NCBI RefSeq assembly: GCF_009914755.1
Contig: NC_060929.1
DNA: 64,000 bases
Reading direction: 5' to 3' (one strand)
Source: the human T2T-CHM13v2.0 reference genome, Homo sapiens
Part shown: positions 26,519 through 41,355 of the stretch, piece after piece
Position numbering within the stretch: position 1 is the first letter of the stretch
How the letters are laid out: each line of letters begins with the position of its first letter
Notes under the pieces: generated by a model
The model's database searches: none
Seen by the model: only the letters and a program-made list of their open reading frames with translations
Told to the model about the DNA's origin: nothing
Position numbers and translations under genes: made by a program

Positions 26519-26587
26519 ATAAAGTAAATTGATCACTTACATTTCAGTTTATTGGGAGTCTGTTAGTTCTGAAAATAAAATACAGAT

Positions 26588-26644
26588 GACTTCATATTTG
26601 GAGTTTGTATTATTCAGACTTCATATTTGGAGTTTGTATTATTC
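26588..26644. repeat. 29-bp tandem duplication (GACTTCATATTTGGAGTTTGTATTATTC x2)
   Basis: Two adjacent copies identical over 28 nt. Confidence 0.92.
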
Positions 26645-26649
26645 TATAT

Positions 26650-27240
26650 AGCTTCATAATGAATTATTACTATCTCTTACTGGCTTAAGATGAAAGACTT
26701 TATTATCTCACAATTTCTATGGGTCAGGAATACGGGCATGGCTTTGCTGGGTCTTCTGTTTAGAGTCTTACCATGTGGAAATTAAGGTGTAAGCCTGGAC
26801 TGCAATCTTACATGAGCCTCAGTGCTCTCTTCCAAGTTCACTGATTCTTGTCAGAATTCAATTCCTCATGGCAATAGAACTGTGTGGCCCTTACTTCCTC
26901 AAGGATTCCTATCTGGCATGTGGCTCCCTCCACTGCATGGTGGTTTGCTACTTTAAGGCCAGCAGGAGAGTTTCTCTGCTGTTTCCAATATCTCTGACTT
27001 CTAGACTATCTTTTTAAAGTCTCACCTGAATAGGTCAGGTCCACCAGGATTCTCTTCCTTCTGATCAACTTACAGTCAACTGATAGGAGCCTTAATTACA
27101 TTTGCCGTATAAGTTAGCCTGGTCACAATAGTGAGATCCCAGGAATCATGCTCACGTTCAAAGGGAGGGGTTTATACAAGGTGTATAAGCCAGAGGATGG
27201 GAATCTTGACAGTGGTGATCTTAGCAGTATGCCTATCACA
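26650..27240 (-). mobile_element. MaLR LTR (MLT1E/F-like)
   Basis: TTTATTATCTCACAATTTCTATGGGTCAGGAAT...GGTTTATACAAGGTGTAT...TGCCTATCACA. Confidence 0.65.
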
Positions 27241-27626
27241 TGGTTATTAAAGCCAGTAGTGACTCTCTTTTCAGTAGAACTGGAATCTCTCCTATGTGCT
27301 AAGCCTTTCTCCAGGCCATGGAAATATAAAGCTAAAAAGCCCAGCTTTTGTCCAGTAATAAGGTGGTAGAGAGAAACAATGAAGTACTGTTTATAATGTA
27401 ATTCAGTCATGCAGCTGCAATAGAGGTGTATCCAGGCTACAATGTGAACATCAAAGAGAAGGTATTGGGAGGTTGGGAGGTTTGGTCAGGAAAAGTATGT
27501 ATCTGGAAAAAGTGATAGTACTGCTTTAGTTCTTGAAACTATAAAATTTTAAATATCAGTTTTTAAGAGGAAAACCTTAGTATTTAAGATGATGAAATTA
27601 TTAAATGAGTATTTCTTTTCCCCCAG

Positions 27627-27775
27627 ATGGTATACCTCAAGTTTACTATTTCGGCCCTTGTGGTAAATACAATGCTATGGTGCTGGAACTGCTGGGACCT
27701 AGTTTGGAAGACTTGTTTGACTTGTGTGACAGAACATTTTCTCTTAAAACAGTTCTCATGATAGCTATACAACTG
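27627..27775 (+). CDS. CSNK1G3: CSNK1G3 exon 5 (149 nt): (D)[49 protein letters not shown]
   Basis: Acceptor ccccAG, donor CTG|GTAAGT. Contains the CK1 signature [10 protein letters not shown] and lies within ORF 27605..27883. Confidence 0.97.
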
Positions 27776-28045
27776 GTAAGTAAAATAAGGTATTTGAAGT
27801 TGTTTGAACAATTACATGGTTGTTGGTCACAAATTCATATTAAAAGTTTAAAGTTCTGTGATATTGTCTTACAGAGCGTTTGACGTAATACAAATGTTTC
27901 TACTTTTCATGTTGTCTTTCTGGGATCCATGTAACTTAAAATAACTGAGTCAAGTATATTTTATTTGTATAAAAACTAATAATTGCTTTAAGATCAAAAT
28001 GCTCAGTTTGCAAATTAAGTTGTTGCTAGCCATTTCTTCATATAA

Positions 28046-28382
<337 letters not shown>

Positions 28383-28771
28383 AGAAACATGGATTCTTAA
28401 TTTTGGTAATAGACTTTATGACCTGGAAAAACAAGAGGCAGACTAATGAGAGAGTCTTGATAAACTACTTAGACTTCAGGGAATCCGTTGGATAACAATT
28501 AGAGAGTGATTTTAAGGCAGTTTCGAAATAAATGCCAATAGAAGTGTGCTGCAGAAGTCTTAAAATTGTTTTTATTCATTGACTCATTAATTCTACAAAT
28601 TTATCCTATGGATGTTTTCATAGGTACTTAAAGCTTTATATGAAAGGATGTTTATAATAAAAAAAGGAGAAGCAACCCAAATATGCAGAAATAACAGGGT
28701 TAGTTGAATAAATTAATATCCAGAGGAAAATATGCAGCTGTTAAAAAGTGCATATTAAAGATTGTTTTATA

Positions 28772-29060
28772 GGCTAGGTGTGGTGGCTTGTGCCTGTAAT
28801 CCCAGCACTTTGGGGAGTCTGAGGCTAGAGGATCACTTGAGCCCAGGAGTTCAAGATCAATCTGGGCAACATAGTGTGACTCTGTCTCTACAAAAATAAA
28901 AATAAAAAAAAAAATAAGCCAGGTGTGGTGGTGTGCTTGTGTAGTCCCAACTGCTGAGGAGGTTGAGGCAAGAGGATTGCTTGAGCCCGGAGGTTAAAGG
29001 TTGAAGCTGCAATGAGCTATGCGTTCCATCCTGGGTGGCAGAGTGAGACCCTGTCCCTGC
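28772..29060 (+). mobile_element. Alu (AluJ-like)
   Basis: Two arms with expanded A linker, small deletion in the right arm and degenerate tail. Confidence 0.9.
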
Positions 29061-29962
29061 CCCCACACACAAAACATCAAAAAACCAACCAACTGCCCCC
29101 AAACAAAACAAAGAATATTTCATGACTTTGCAAATGCTCATATCATTAATTAAGAATATATAGACATAGAATATTGTACATTATATGCTGCAAAGTTTGT
29201 TAAACAAACTAGAATGGCCTGTGTAGCCATATGTTTACATTGCATTGTTAACCATGATTATCACTAAATGAAGCAGTTTTATTTTCTTATTTGTAATACT
29301 CTATTTTATGACAGTTTGTACAATGAACATTGAGAATCTGTAAAATAATTAACAAAAATGAGCTATATTATTAATATTAGAGTTGGATTTCAGACTTTTC
29401 TAGCTTTATGATCTTTCTAGCTTCAAGATTAATCATTTTTAAATGTTTAATACCTAGGAAAAAGTAAAGGAAACATGTTATGAAAAAGAAAAAGATACTG
29501 AATAGTGCTGTTGTTTTTACTTAATAGTTTAGACTCTTAAGTTTCTTTAATATACTTGTAAAAGTTGCTTGGTTATTGAACTGATAAGGAAGATTATATT
29601 GCAATGTTTTGCATATGTCTGCTTATACTTTTGGGTTCAAGGTCTTATATCAATGTGGCTTTTTGATTTTATGAAGTAGCATCCTCTGAAAGTGTTCATT
29701 GAATCAGGCTTGCTGATATGAAAGGAATTCATAAAATTCAAATACTCTCGTTTAGCAGTGACCATAACAGTAAAGGCAAAGATTTTAAATTGCAATTTGC
29801 TATGTGAAGAATGATAGGCTGACATCATTTTACTTTTAAAGGGTTGAAACAATTTCTGATTTATTTCTTTTGTATGTTTTCATTCTGTCTTGCCTTTATC
29901 ATACTTGCTTAGGCTAGTCAAAGCCCAAAATAAAACTTCTCTTCTTTTTTTCTTAAACCAAG

Positions 29963-30197
29963 ATTTCTCGCATGGAATATGTCCATTCAAAGAACTTGAT
30001 ATACAGAGATGTAAAACCTGAGAACTTCTTAATAGGACGACCAGGAAACAAAACCCAGCAAGTTATTCACATTATAGATTTTGGTTTGGCAAAGGAATAT
30101 ATTGATCCGGAGACAAAGAAACACATACCATACAGAGAACACAAGAGCCTTACAGGAACAGCTAGATATATGAGCATAAACACACATTTAGGAAAAG
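29963..30197 (+). CDS. CSNK1G3: CSNK1G3 exon 6 (235 nt): [23 protein letters not shown]...DFGLAKE...[15 protein letters not shown], catalytic and activation loops
   Basis: Acceptor AG ending 29962, donor AAG|GTATGT. Contains [11 protein letters not shown] and the CK1-specific SIN motif. Confidence 0.98.
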
Positions 30198-30769
30198 GTA
30201 TGTGTACCTTTCGTAAGTATGGAAGTTTGAACTTAGCAGCTGTGCTAACACTGTGAGTTTTTATTTGTTATGGTTCAGTTTTTGCAGATTATAATAGCTT
30301 TTATTATAATTTTCATTTATCACATCTACCTAGAGTTTACTTTCACTTATATTTTAATAAAACTCTTTGAAAGTAAGTTACTATAGAGTAAATGAGTGAC
30401 AGCTATCTTTACATTCACTGTATTTTTTGTATTTATATAACTTGAAGTGTTCAACTTTGATACAGTTATGGGGATGCATTTAATCATTTCTCTTACAAAA
30501 TATGAGAGAATACCAAATTTTAACTGAATTCAGTACATGTGGAAATTTTGGATTGAGACCATAGCTCTCCAATATGGCTAGCCACAGAAATAGCAACTAG
30601 CCTAATAAGTATAATGCTAACAGCATATACCTTAGAGGTGGGCAGAGCTGGCTTACCTGTATGCTAACTATGACTTCGGACAAGTTTAACCTTTTTAAGG
30701 GGTTTCTTATTGGTAAAAAGAGTAAAACAATATCAACTTCACAGGATTTTTTATAGCATTCTTCCTTCA

Positions 30770-33060
30770 CCCAGATTCATATTTATCATATCCCTTAAAT
30801 CATTTTCATCTGGAACAGTTCCTCAGTCGTTCGTTATGGCTCATGACCTTAATATTTTTTAGGAGCACAGGCTATTTTATAGGATATCTCCAATTTGGGT
30901 CTGTTATTTCTTTTTGACTAGATTTGGGTAGGCATTTTGAGCACAAATATCACAGAAGTGATGTGTTCTTAGTGCATCATGTTGGGATCACTTGCTTGGA
31001 CGATATCTGCCAAATTTCTCTACTGAAAAGTTTCTTGTAGTTAGATTTTGGGATTATGTAAACATGTTGTTCCTCATCAGATTTTTGCCCTCTAGATTTA
31101 GCATCCATTGATGATTTTCTAACTCCATTATTTCTAATATTTACATTTCCTTATTTGTCAGTTGATATTCTAATGTCAGCAGAAGCTTTACCTTCTCCCC
31201 CAGTTATTGACTTATGTCTATATGAACTTATTAATTCTTATCTTATTTAATGTAATGTATTGAATGCATTATCATTATTTATTCTGATAGCCAAAGGGTT
31301 CCAGATTTGGCCACCCGTTGCTCCTTCAAGCTGGCTTCTCTGTCCTTTTGACATGTTCTCATGAATCTTTGAGTACTTTCTTTCTTTTGGTGCAGCAAGT
31401 TCTTATAAACAAACTCATCTTGTAGTTTCTCTTCTGCAGCCCCATAATCAGTCCTTTTCTCCAAGAAGTTCTGAATCCTTTTATTGGATAATGGTATTTA
31501 GAAACCAAGATTTGGCCACTGGATATGCTCATTACTGTGGTATGTTGTTACTGCCAGGCCCTTTCTGCAGCAGAACTAGGAAATGTTTGTGCATATATGT
31601 ATATACATACACACATAGAAATATGCCTACATATATACGTATGTATACACACACACAGAGACATACGTTAATATCTGTTAAAAATTTTGAGTTTATACTG
31701 ATACACTTTTAATTTCAGTCTGTCAGTACAAAATAGTATTTCCCTTTTCTATATTTGTAATTCCATCCCTTTTCCATATTTGTATCTTTTTTTTTAACAG
31801 TGAGAAATCTGGCTATCACTACTTACAATATATTTACTTGTTTTTAAAAGCTGAGGATACTCAGAAAGTAGTTTCAGATTGCCAAATGATACCACTTTAT
31901 ATAGCAAGTCTAATAGAATTATAACATTTGTAATTCTTATTTTATTGAAGAGTTTTTTTTTTATTGAAGTAAAATTTACATTGGGTAAAATATACAACAT
32001 TTGATTATATAATTTGTGAGTATTGATGAATGTGCATACTATGTAACCCACACACTATCAAGATTTAGAACACTATCATTATCCTATAGACTTCCATTTT
32101 ACCCATCTTAGTCATTCCCCTCCTTTTCTAGAAGCAATCACTGATCTGATTTCTATCACAACAGATGAGTTTTGCTGATTCTATTACTTAATATAAATAG
32201 AACCATCCAACTTCTTTTGGTGGGTATAATGTCTTTAAGATTCATTTATGTTGTTGCAAGTATCAGTAGTTTATTCTTTTTTAATGCTAAGTAATATTCC
32301 ATTGCATAAACATATCACAAACTGCTTATCCATTTGAATGTTGATGGATATTTGGATTAAGTTTTTGACTTATGAATAAAACTTGTATAATATTCTTACA
32401 AATCTTTTTGTGGGCATATTTTTCAGTTTGGTCCTATGGCAGGTATTATTTAACTTTATAAGAAACTGCCTGTCTGTTCTCAGGAGTGTTCATACCTTTT
32501 TTTATTTCCATCAGTAATGAATGAGAATTTTGTTTGTTTCATAATCTTGACAACATTTAGAGTTGTCAGTCTTTTTCATTGTAGCTATTCTAGTGGCCAA
32601 GGGGTAGTCTTTTAATTCCTTGTGATTATTGTTTCTGAGATCTGTTTCATGTATTTATTGGCTATTTGTATATCTTCTTTTGAAAAGTGTGTGTCATTTC
32701 ATTGTTAATTTACAGAGTTCTTTATATATTCTGGGTATAATTATTTTGTCATATATATGCATTATGAGTAATTTCTTTCAGTCTTTGCTTGCCTATTCAT
32801 TTTCTTAATGGTATCTTTTGATGAGCAGAACTGTTAAATATTTTTGAAGTCTAGTTTATCAGTTTTTTTGTTTATGGTTATTGCCTTTTGAATTCTAACA
32901 AATCTTTACCTTCATGTAATAAGGTAAACAAATCTTTACCTTCATTACATTTTATGCTTTCTTCTAGAAGCTTTATAGTTTTAGCCTTTTATATCTGTGC
33001 TCCATCAGAATTGATTTTTTATATGGTGTGAGATAGGGGTTGAGGTTCTTTCTATGATAT
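30770..33060 (-). mobile_element. Old L1M fragments (3' UTR and ORF2 end, antisense)
   Basis: T-rich blocks resembling antisense L1 3' sequence (e.g. TTCATTTATGTTGTTGCAAGTATCAGTAGTTTATTC). Boundaries approximate and possibly composite. Confidence 0.6.
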
Positions 33061-36000
33061 CGTATTCTTTCTTATTGAATTACCTTAGTGTGTTTCTTAA
33101 AAAGTCAATTCTAGATTACATTTGCCACATTCAGTATTCATATCAGAGAAAGTACAAACTTAATTATCTGCTTTTAGATATTATTCTGCTTTCAGATACT
33201 ATTAGACATCTTACAACAGATAGACAGAAATGTGAACCAATCAGTATATATCCATCACTGCTGCTCAAAAGTACCTTCAAATATACAATCACAGATTTGG
33301 ACAGAATCTTGGAGGTCGTCTAATCCAACTTTCAAATCCTGATCTTAGCTTTTCCTCTAAACATTCTCCCCAGCTTTAGCTACTCTATAGAGCATGTCCC
33401 TGCTCTGCCTCTCAATCATAACTCAGTAGGATGTGGCATCTTTCCTAACAGCTGACCTGACGGTAGGCTTATGGTATTTTTTTCTTTTCAGACATCTGAA
33501 ATGCCTGAAAAATGTAAATTTGCTGTTTTTTTTTTTTTTTTAAGAAAAGTAAGTTTCAAATATTTAAAATTATGAAACACAAGTTTTATTCAGTTAATAT
33601 GTTCAGGGAGTAGCTTTCAATAGCTGACTTTCCTGGTAGACTTAAAAATATGATTGGGTAGCTATACAACTTTTGGGGTTGTGACTTCAATTAAAACCAG
33701 GCACACCTATATTTATTTACATGTTCAGAGTCTGTGAGAAATTTTCATTTTACGGGAGTTGTTAACAGACTATTTTATAACAACTAACAAAGGTTCACCA
33801 CTATTTTATTGTGAGACATGAAGTCACAACTTCCTTAGGGCCTAATGTTCCTTATCTGAACAATGGTAAATGTAACAGCATTCTATTTGTAGAAATGGCG
33901 AAGTGAGTGTGATATGTTTGTCATTGTTAGGAAAAGTCATCAGTACCTAGGAAGTGAGATTGAACTATTATAATAATCTCTCTTTACTCCTCTTTCAGGA
34001 ATAAAATAAAAATGTATTTATTTGGCAGGTATAGCAAACAACGAATGCTTAATGTTTACTTTTCCCCATTTATAAACACTCTGCTTCTCAGTTTTCATGT
34101 AAAACTCAGGAGTAGGTGGGTAATATTAACAGATAAAAAATTTTGTTTCTAAGATTACATGAATTCCTATTTAAAAAGTTAAGAGTAAGGTAATATGAGT
34201 TTGGATGCTGAGGAATTAAAGCATTTGGCAAATTGCGATGCCTTTGGATATGGAATACATAGCGGTGTTTTAAGTTTAGAGTACTTGGTTTTGTGAGGAG
34301 TCAGGAAGAGATAAAGAAGGAAAAGGAGCAGAGAAAACATGACCTTTTAATGTGATTTTAATTTGTGCGTATCTTATTTCTGCCCTCCCTGCTTTGCCTG
34401 GATCTTGGTGATTACTTTTAAAGCCTTATTCATTCACCCATCTTTCCATCCATTCATTCATTCTTAGGCACTCAAGGACTTCTTGCTCACATGAACTTTT
34501 CAAAATAGAGAGTTTGGTCAAAGGAACATTATATGGGTTTGTAAGTATTTTTCCTTTTTGGAGACTGACACTATCTTAGACTTAAAAAGGAAAAAGATGT
34601 TCCTAATATAATAATATAGAAGAATAGTGTAAAATCACATAATAAGAATTAACATTTTATTCTTGTAGTATCTGTTGATCTTAACTAGGTTATTTATGTT
34701 CAGAAGGCAGATGTTGCAGTTCACATTTATACCTTTCTTATAGCTGCTTAAGTCTCTGTCCAAGATGCAATCTTGATAAAGCTTTATGTTACAGATGTGG
34801 ATTTCCATGTGTCCTTGCATGAAAACTTTCTTTAGTGTTGACATATTGAATTGTTACTTTTGTGTCACATCTGATCAAGTGTCTGCTTTTTAATATCTTT
34901 TTAAAGACTTTTGTTAGCTGCCCTGAACCTCATAATCTTCCTTTGGATGACTATTTTTCCCTTTTATGTCTTCTCTTGTTGAAGTCATTTGATATTAAGT
35001 AAATAATGTCTATTTCTCTTTGGTGAATAGCCTTGAAATAAAAATCAGATCTTTTATTTTTAAATTTTTATTGATTATTCAAGAATAAAAAAACTAGGAT
35101 TTGAGGGATAAGTTGGGAGTTGCTTTGTAAGTGTTAATAGAAGAATGATGTTTCAAGCTTCTAAGTGGTAAGTTCTCTGAATAGGAGAGAAGGAACCACA
35201 GAATTATGGTGTTCCAAAAATGCCTTCTTTCTGTGCTATCATTCTGTGGTGTGATTCATATAATTTAATTTCTAGGTTAATTGTTCCAGTTTCTGAGGCC
35301 TGCTCTTTAAGCTGCTCACACAGCTTTTTTGCAGTTTAAAAACATGTATTTACATTTTATAATTATATTTTAACAGTTTAAAATGTATTATATAATTTTT
35401 TGTTAGAGTATAATGAACATAATTGGTATTTTCTTGATGTTTCAGGGTATAGTTTTTTTTATATGATTACTATTATATAGCAATATTCTCAAGATCAGTT
35501 GGAGAAGGTTAGGATGGATATCTTTATCTAAATAAATTTGGAGACAATTTTATTTATACTTTGTAATAGATTCTCTTTTTGTTTTTTGGGTTTGTTTTTT
35601 TTTTTTTTTTTTTTGGCCTTCACCTGTGTTGTCCCTTACTTTTTGATAGTGTGTGTAGTATAGCTACTGCTGGCAACACTTTGCTTTTCTCTACCTTTGA
35701 TTTACTTCTTTTGACCTTGTCACCAAACTTACAAGAATTATGTCTAAATTAAGAGAACTAGATTTCAAGAGAACTTTAGGAATTAAGTGAATGCATGTAC
35801 TGGGTTCAGTTGCACAGAAAACTTTTTCTAAGTTTTGTTTATATTACTAGATTAGGTGTTTAGATTAGTGAACTGTTCCTGTGTATTGTCTTGCATAATT
35901 GTGTTTTGTTCTTTTCCTTTTTAGGTTTGTTTTCTCTTTTTTTAAAAAAAAAATCCTTGTTATATAATTTTGAAAACTGAGCTCAATGAATCTTGAGGAA

Positions 36001-37410
36001 GAGGTATTTTTGTTTTTTTTAGGGTAGTGCCAACTAAAGTAACTTTTAATATTTAAGAAGGAAATATAGTGAACCTTTTCTTCCTTGTAGTAGATAATTT
36101 TTATCTTTTTTTTACTTATAAGAAATGATTTAAACTTTATTCAGGGAGAATTTTTGTTGTTTGAGCTGTCTTGGCTTTGTCTTCTCATGTCTGTGCTTTG
36201 CTTAGCCAACATGTCTTTTGGCCTCATTGTTTTTCATTATGGTAGAAAATGCAGTAGTAAGTTTATTTTTGCAAATATATGCATGTATCATAGAAAACTT
36301 CCTGCTTCTGTGTGAGGCATCGATAAATTTGAGTTAACGAAAAAGGGAATTTTTTTTGTTGAAAATTGAATTGAAATTTCAATTGAAATGGAAACAGTGT
36401 TAGGCAAGTGAGGAATGAAATCTGATTTAAAGAAAAATAAATAATGTTGAGATATAAGAGTAGAATTTTTAAATAGAAAAGCATTGCAGAAGGTTTCCAA
36501 TCAACATTGATTAAGTGATGAAATGCTTTCCAAAATGAAAAAAATGCAGACAAGTGGGCTGAAATCTTGCCCTCCACTTATTAGGTACCTAGTTTTGAAG
36601 TAGTCACTTAATCTTTCTGAGCTTTACTTTCCTTATTTGGGATTACAAATAACTGTTTTCAGTGTAGCTGTAATTTTGAAAGATAGTATATATGAAACAT
36701 GGACACAGACTCTTAATACGTGTTGATTATTTTTTATGGTACATATATTCCTGAAGAGGAAAATTTTAATGGACTATGTACCTTTTTAATTGGTTTCAAG
36801 ACCTATTTAAAATAATCTTTAATGATACCTATTTTAAAGAAAAATAATCACTTTCTGGTTTCCTTAGGTGCTCATAGCAAGAGTTCTTATAATGATTCTT
36901 GGCCTTGTGGAAAAACATTCGCTTTCAAACAGGCCTTTGTAGTTAAGTGCTTTAAAAAATGTGAACAGGCTTTAATAGGGGCCAGATTACTGTTGGGAGA
37001 CTTTTTTCATGTAAAAGAACTGTTAAAGACCCTAGGGGGTGTTCTTTAGTTACTGTGTTTCAAAGAGAAAGCCTTCCTGTGATTTCTGTAACTTACTACA
37101 TGGTAAAATTTATTTCCAGATATGTCAGTTGGTGAAAGAACACAAAAAAAGAAATTATGAGGGTAAAGAGCATTTCAGACTGAGTTTCAGTAATAGATTT
37201 GTTTTACTAGCTAATATTTATGGCTTGAATTTTGAAATGCTTTGTGGGTTATGAGACTAATACTGTTCTCTGATAGAACCATGTAGGCGAGATCACCTTA
37301 TGACCGTGGCTTATTGGCACTATGTGACTAAAGCTTCCCCTTGGATAGAATTCAAAGAGGAAGTGCCTTTTATATTGAGTTCCTCTCCATAACAGAGCGT
37401 CTTACTGTAG

Positions 37411-38226
<816 letters not shown>

Positions 38227-39331
38227 CCAGTTGATTTTTATGTATTAACCTTATATCTTGTAACCTTGCTAAAACTTACCTACTAGTTGTAATAGACCTT
38301 TTGTAGGTTATTTGGATTTTTCTACATATACAATCCTGTTGTCTGCAAAGAGCAATAGTTTTATTTCTTCATTTCCAATCTGAATATCTGTTAATTTTGT
38401 TTCTTTGCTTCTTTGTACTGGCAAGAACTTCCAGTACAATACTGAATAGAAAGGGTAAGAGTGGACATCTTTGTTCGTTCTTGATCTTAGGAGTGTCTTT
38501 TATCATTTAAGAATTATGTTAGTTGACATTTTTCGTAGTTGTTGTCAGGATGAAGTTGGCTTGTAATTCCTAGTTTGCTGAGATTTTTTTAAAAATCATT
38601 AATACGTGTTGGATTTTGTCAAGTACTTTTTCTGTATCTGAGATGACAATATGATTTATATTTTATTCTATTAATTTGGCGAATTACATTGATTGATTTT
38701 TAAAAGTTAAACCAAACCTACATTCCTAGAATGAACCTTACTTAGTCATGAGGTATTATCTTTTTAAGGATTTCATGTTTGTGTTTATGAGGAATATTTC
38801 TTATAGTTTCCTTTAATTGTAATGTCTTTATCTGTTGTTGGTAACAGGGTAATGCAGTGAGTTGGGAACTCTTCCAATCCTGGGTTTATGTAGAATTGGT
38901 ATTATTCTTTAACTGTTTAATAGGATTCAGTAGCGATGCTATCTGGATTGTATTTTGGGAAGTTTTTAAATAATAAATTTAATTTCTTTAATTGATGCAG
39001 AGCTATTCACATTTTCTTCTTGAGGCAGTTTTAGTTATTAGTAGCTTTCAAGATATTTGTCCATTTCATGTAAGTTGTTTAATTTACATGTAAGTTGTTT
39101 CGTAGTATTCTTTTATCATTCTTTTAATATCTGTGGGATCTGTTCTGATGCCTCTTCTGTTTCTTCTGTTATTGGTAATTTGTGTTTCTTTCTTTTAGCC
39201 TGCTGAGAGGATTAATGATTTTATTGAACTTTCCAATCCAGCTTTTGTTTTCATTGGTTTTCATTACTGATTGTCCATTGGTCATTGATTTCCTCATTTG
39301 TCATTATTTTGTCCTTCTGTTTATTTTGGGT

Positions 39332-40640
39332 GGTATTGATATGAAGGCAGATACAGATAAGTTGGTCAGAATACAGAGTCTGAAATAGACTTATACATAG
39401 ATGGCCGATTGATTTTTGAGAATGGTGCAAAAGCAACTCGAGGGGAAAGGATAGTTTTGCCAAGAAACTATATGAGAGTAGCTAGATATTAGTATTGAAA
39501 AAAATATATCTAAATCCTTACTCCACACCAAAAGCAAAAAAAAAAATTACTTCAAAATGAGTAATAGGTTTAAATGTAGGAACCATAACTATAAAATTTC
39601 TAGAAGAAAAAACAGGATAAAATCTTTGTGATCTTGTGGGTAGAGATTTCCTAGATTGGACATCAAAAAGTATAGAAAATAAGAGGAAAAAACCCCTGAT
39701 AAATTGGACTTCATCAAAATGTAAAATTTCTTTTAAACATACTCTTAAGAAAACAAAAAAATAGCAAGCTGTTTTCTTGAAGGGAAAAGGTATTGGCAAA
39801 ACATATCTGAAAATAACTTGTGTCCAGAATATACAAGGAACTATTACAACTTTTTAGTAAGACAATCCAATTTTTTAAACAGGCAAACACATGAAATAAA
39901 GTTCAGTGTTAGTCACCAGTGAAATACAAATTAAGTCAGTTAATCCATACTTTGAAGTTTGCTTTTCTGAAAGGATTTATTACTGCTTATACTTCATAGC
40001 CACTAGCATGGCTAAAATTTAAAAGACCATACAGAGGTTGGACAGGTGCAACTGAAACTCCCATACATTGCTGGTAGAAATGTGAAATGACATAACCCCT
40101 TTGGAAAATCATATAGAAGTTTTTTATAAAGTTAAACCTATACTTACAACATCATGTAGCAATCCCCCTTCTAGATATTAACCCAACATAAATGAAAATG
40201 TATGTCAACATAGACTAGTACAAGAAGAATGTTCATAACAGCTTTATTCACAATAGCCCCAAACTGGAACCTATTCAAATGTCTGTCAACAGATGAATAA
40301 ACACATTGTAATATACTACTCAGCATTAAAAAGTAATGAGCTATGGTTGCACGTAACAACATGGATAAATCCTGAAAACATAGTAAGTGAAAGAATTTGG
40401 ACACGAATCTATACTGTATGATTCCATTCATGTGCACCTGTCTAATCTGTAGTGATGAAGGCAGATAAGTGGTTGCCTGAGGCTGATGGTATTGTGGGGG
40501 TTGGGGGAGAGTAATAGGCAAGAGACATTTTGGAGCATTAGAAATGCCTCTTGATTGTGGTGGTAGTTATGCAGGTGTGTTTGTTGTTAAAACTTACCAA
40601 ACTATACCCTCAGGACTACGAGAATCTAATGAAGTAAAAT
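39332..40640 (+). mobile_element. L1M ORF2 3' end and 3' UTR (sense)
   Basis: Sense L1 hallmarks (GATAAATTGGACTTCATCAAAAT; CAGCTTTATTCACAATAGCCCCAAACTGGAA; TACTGTATGATTCCATT). Confidence 0.8.
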
Positions 40641-41000
40641 TTTCGTTATAAAAGTTATAACTAGTTTTTTTCATATTCTCATCCCCACTTTCATTAGTGG
40701 ATGTAGATGGACTTTAAGGCCACTACTTATTTTGGAAAATTTGCTATTTTTAATAGCATATACTTACATTTTATAATAAAAAGTACAAGAAATAAAAAAA
40801 CCTCTCCGTTATATCACATTTTTAGCATGCGAAATGGGAAGTTGAAATCTCTTCTCTAGTCTTCCAATCTTGTAGCCTTAATGACTGTCAATTTTGATGT
40901 ATACTTCTGCAACTTGCAGTCTGGTGGAAGCATATATATTGATTAAATAAAAACACAAACATAGTATCTTTAAATCATAACAAGTGTTATTGAAAACAAG

Positions 41001-41355
41001 TGTATTAGTCTGTTTTCATGCTGCTGCTGCTGATAAAGTTATACCTGAGACTGGGCAATTTACAAAAGAAAGAGGTTTAATGGACTTACAGTTCCACATG
41101 GCTGGGGAGGCCTCACAGTCACGGCAGAAGGCAAGGAGGAGCAAGTCACATCTCATGTGGATGGTGGCAGGCAAAGAGAGCTTGTGCAGGGAAACTCCTT
41201 ATAAAACCATCAGGTCTCATAAGACTTATTCACTATCAGGAGAAAAGCATGGGAAAGACCTGCCCCCATGATTCAATTACCTCCCACTGAGTCCCTCTCA
41301 CAACGCATGAGAATTCAAGATGAGATTTGGGTGTGAACACAACCAAACCATATCA
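41001..41355 (-). mobile_element. THE1 solo LTR
   Basis: TG...CA termini with a perfect 5-bp TSD ACAAG (40996-41000, 41356-41360). Confidence 0.92.

Noticed and set aside
30002-30025. YRD instead of the canonical HRD catalytic motif
   Set aside because: This is normal for the CK1-gamma subfamily. The catalytic Asp, Lys and Asn are intact.
35925-36003. Strong-looking acceptor (TTTTCCTTTTTAG) with a weak downstream donor
   Set aside because: The putative exon is T/A homopolymer-rich and frame-shifting within a T-rich region, so chance occurrence is likely.
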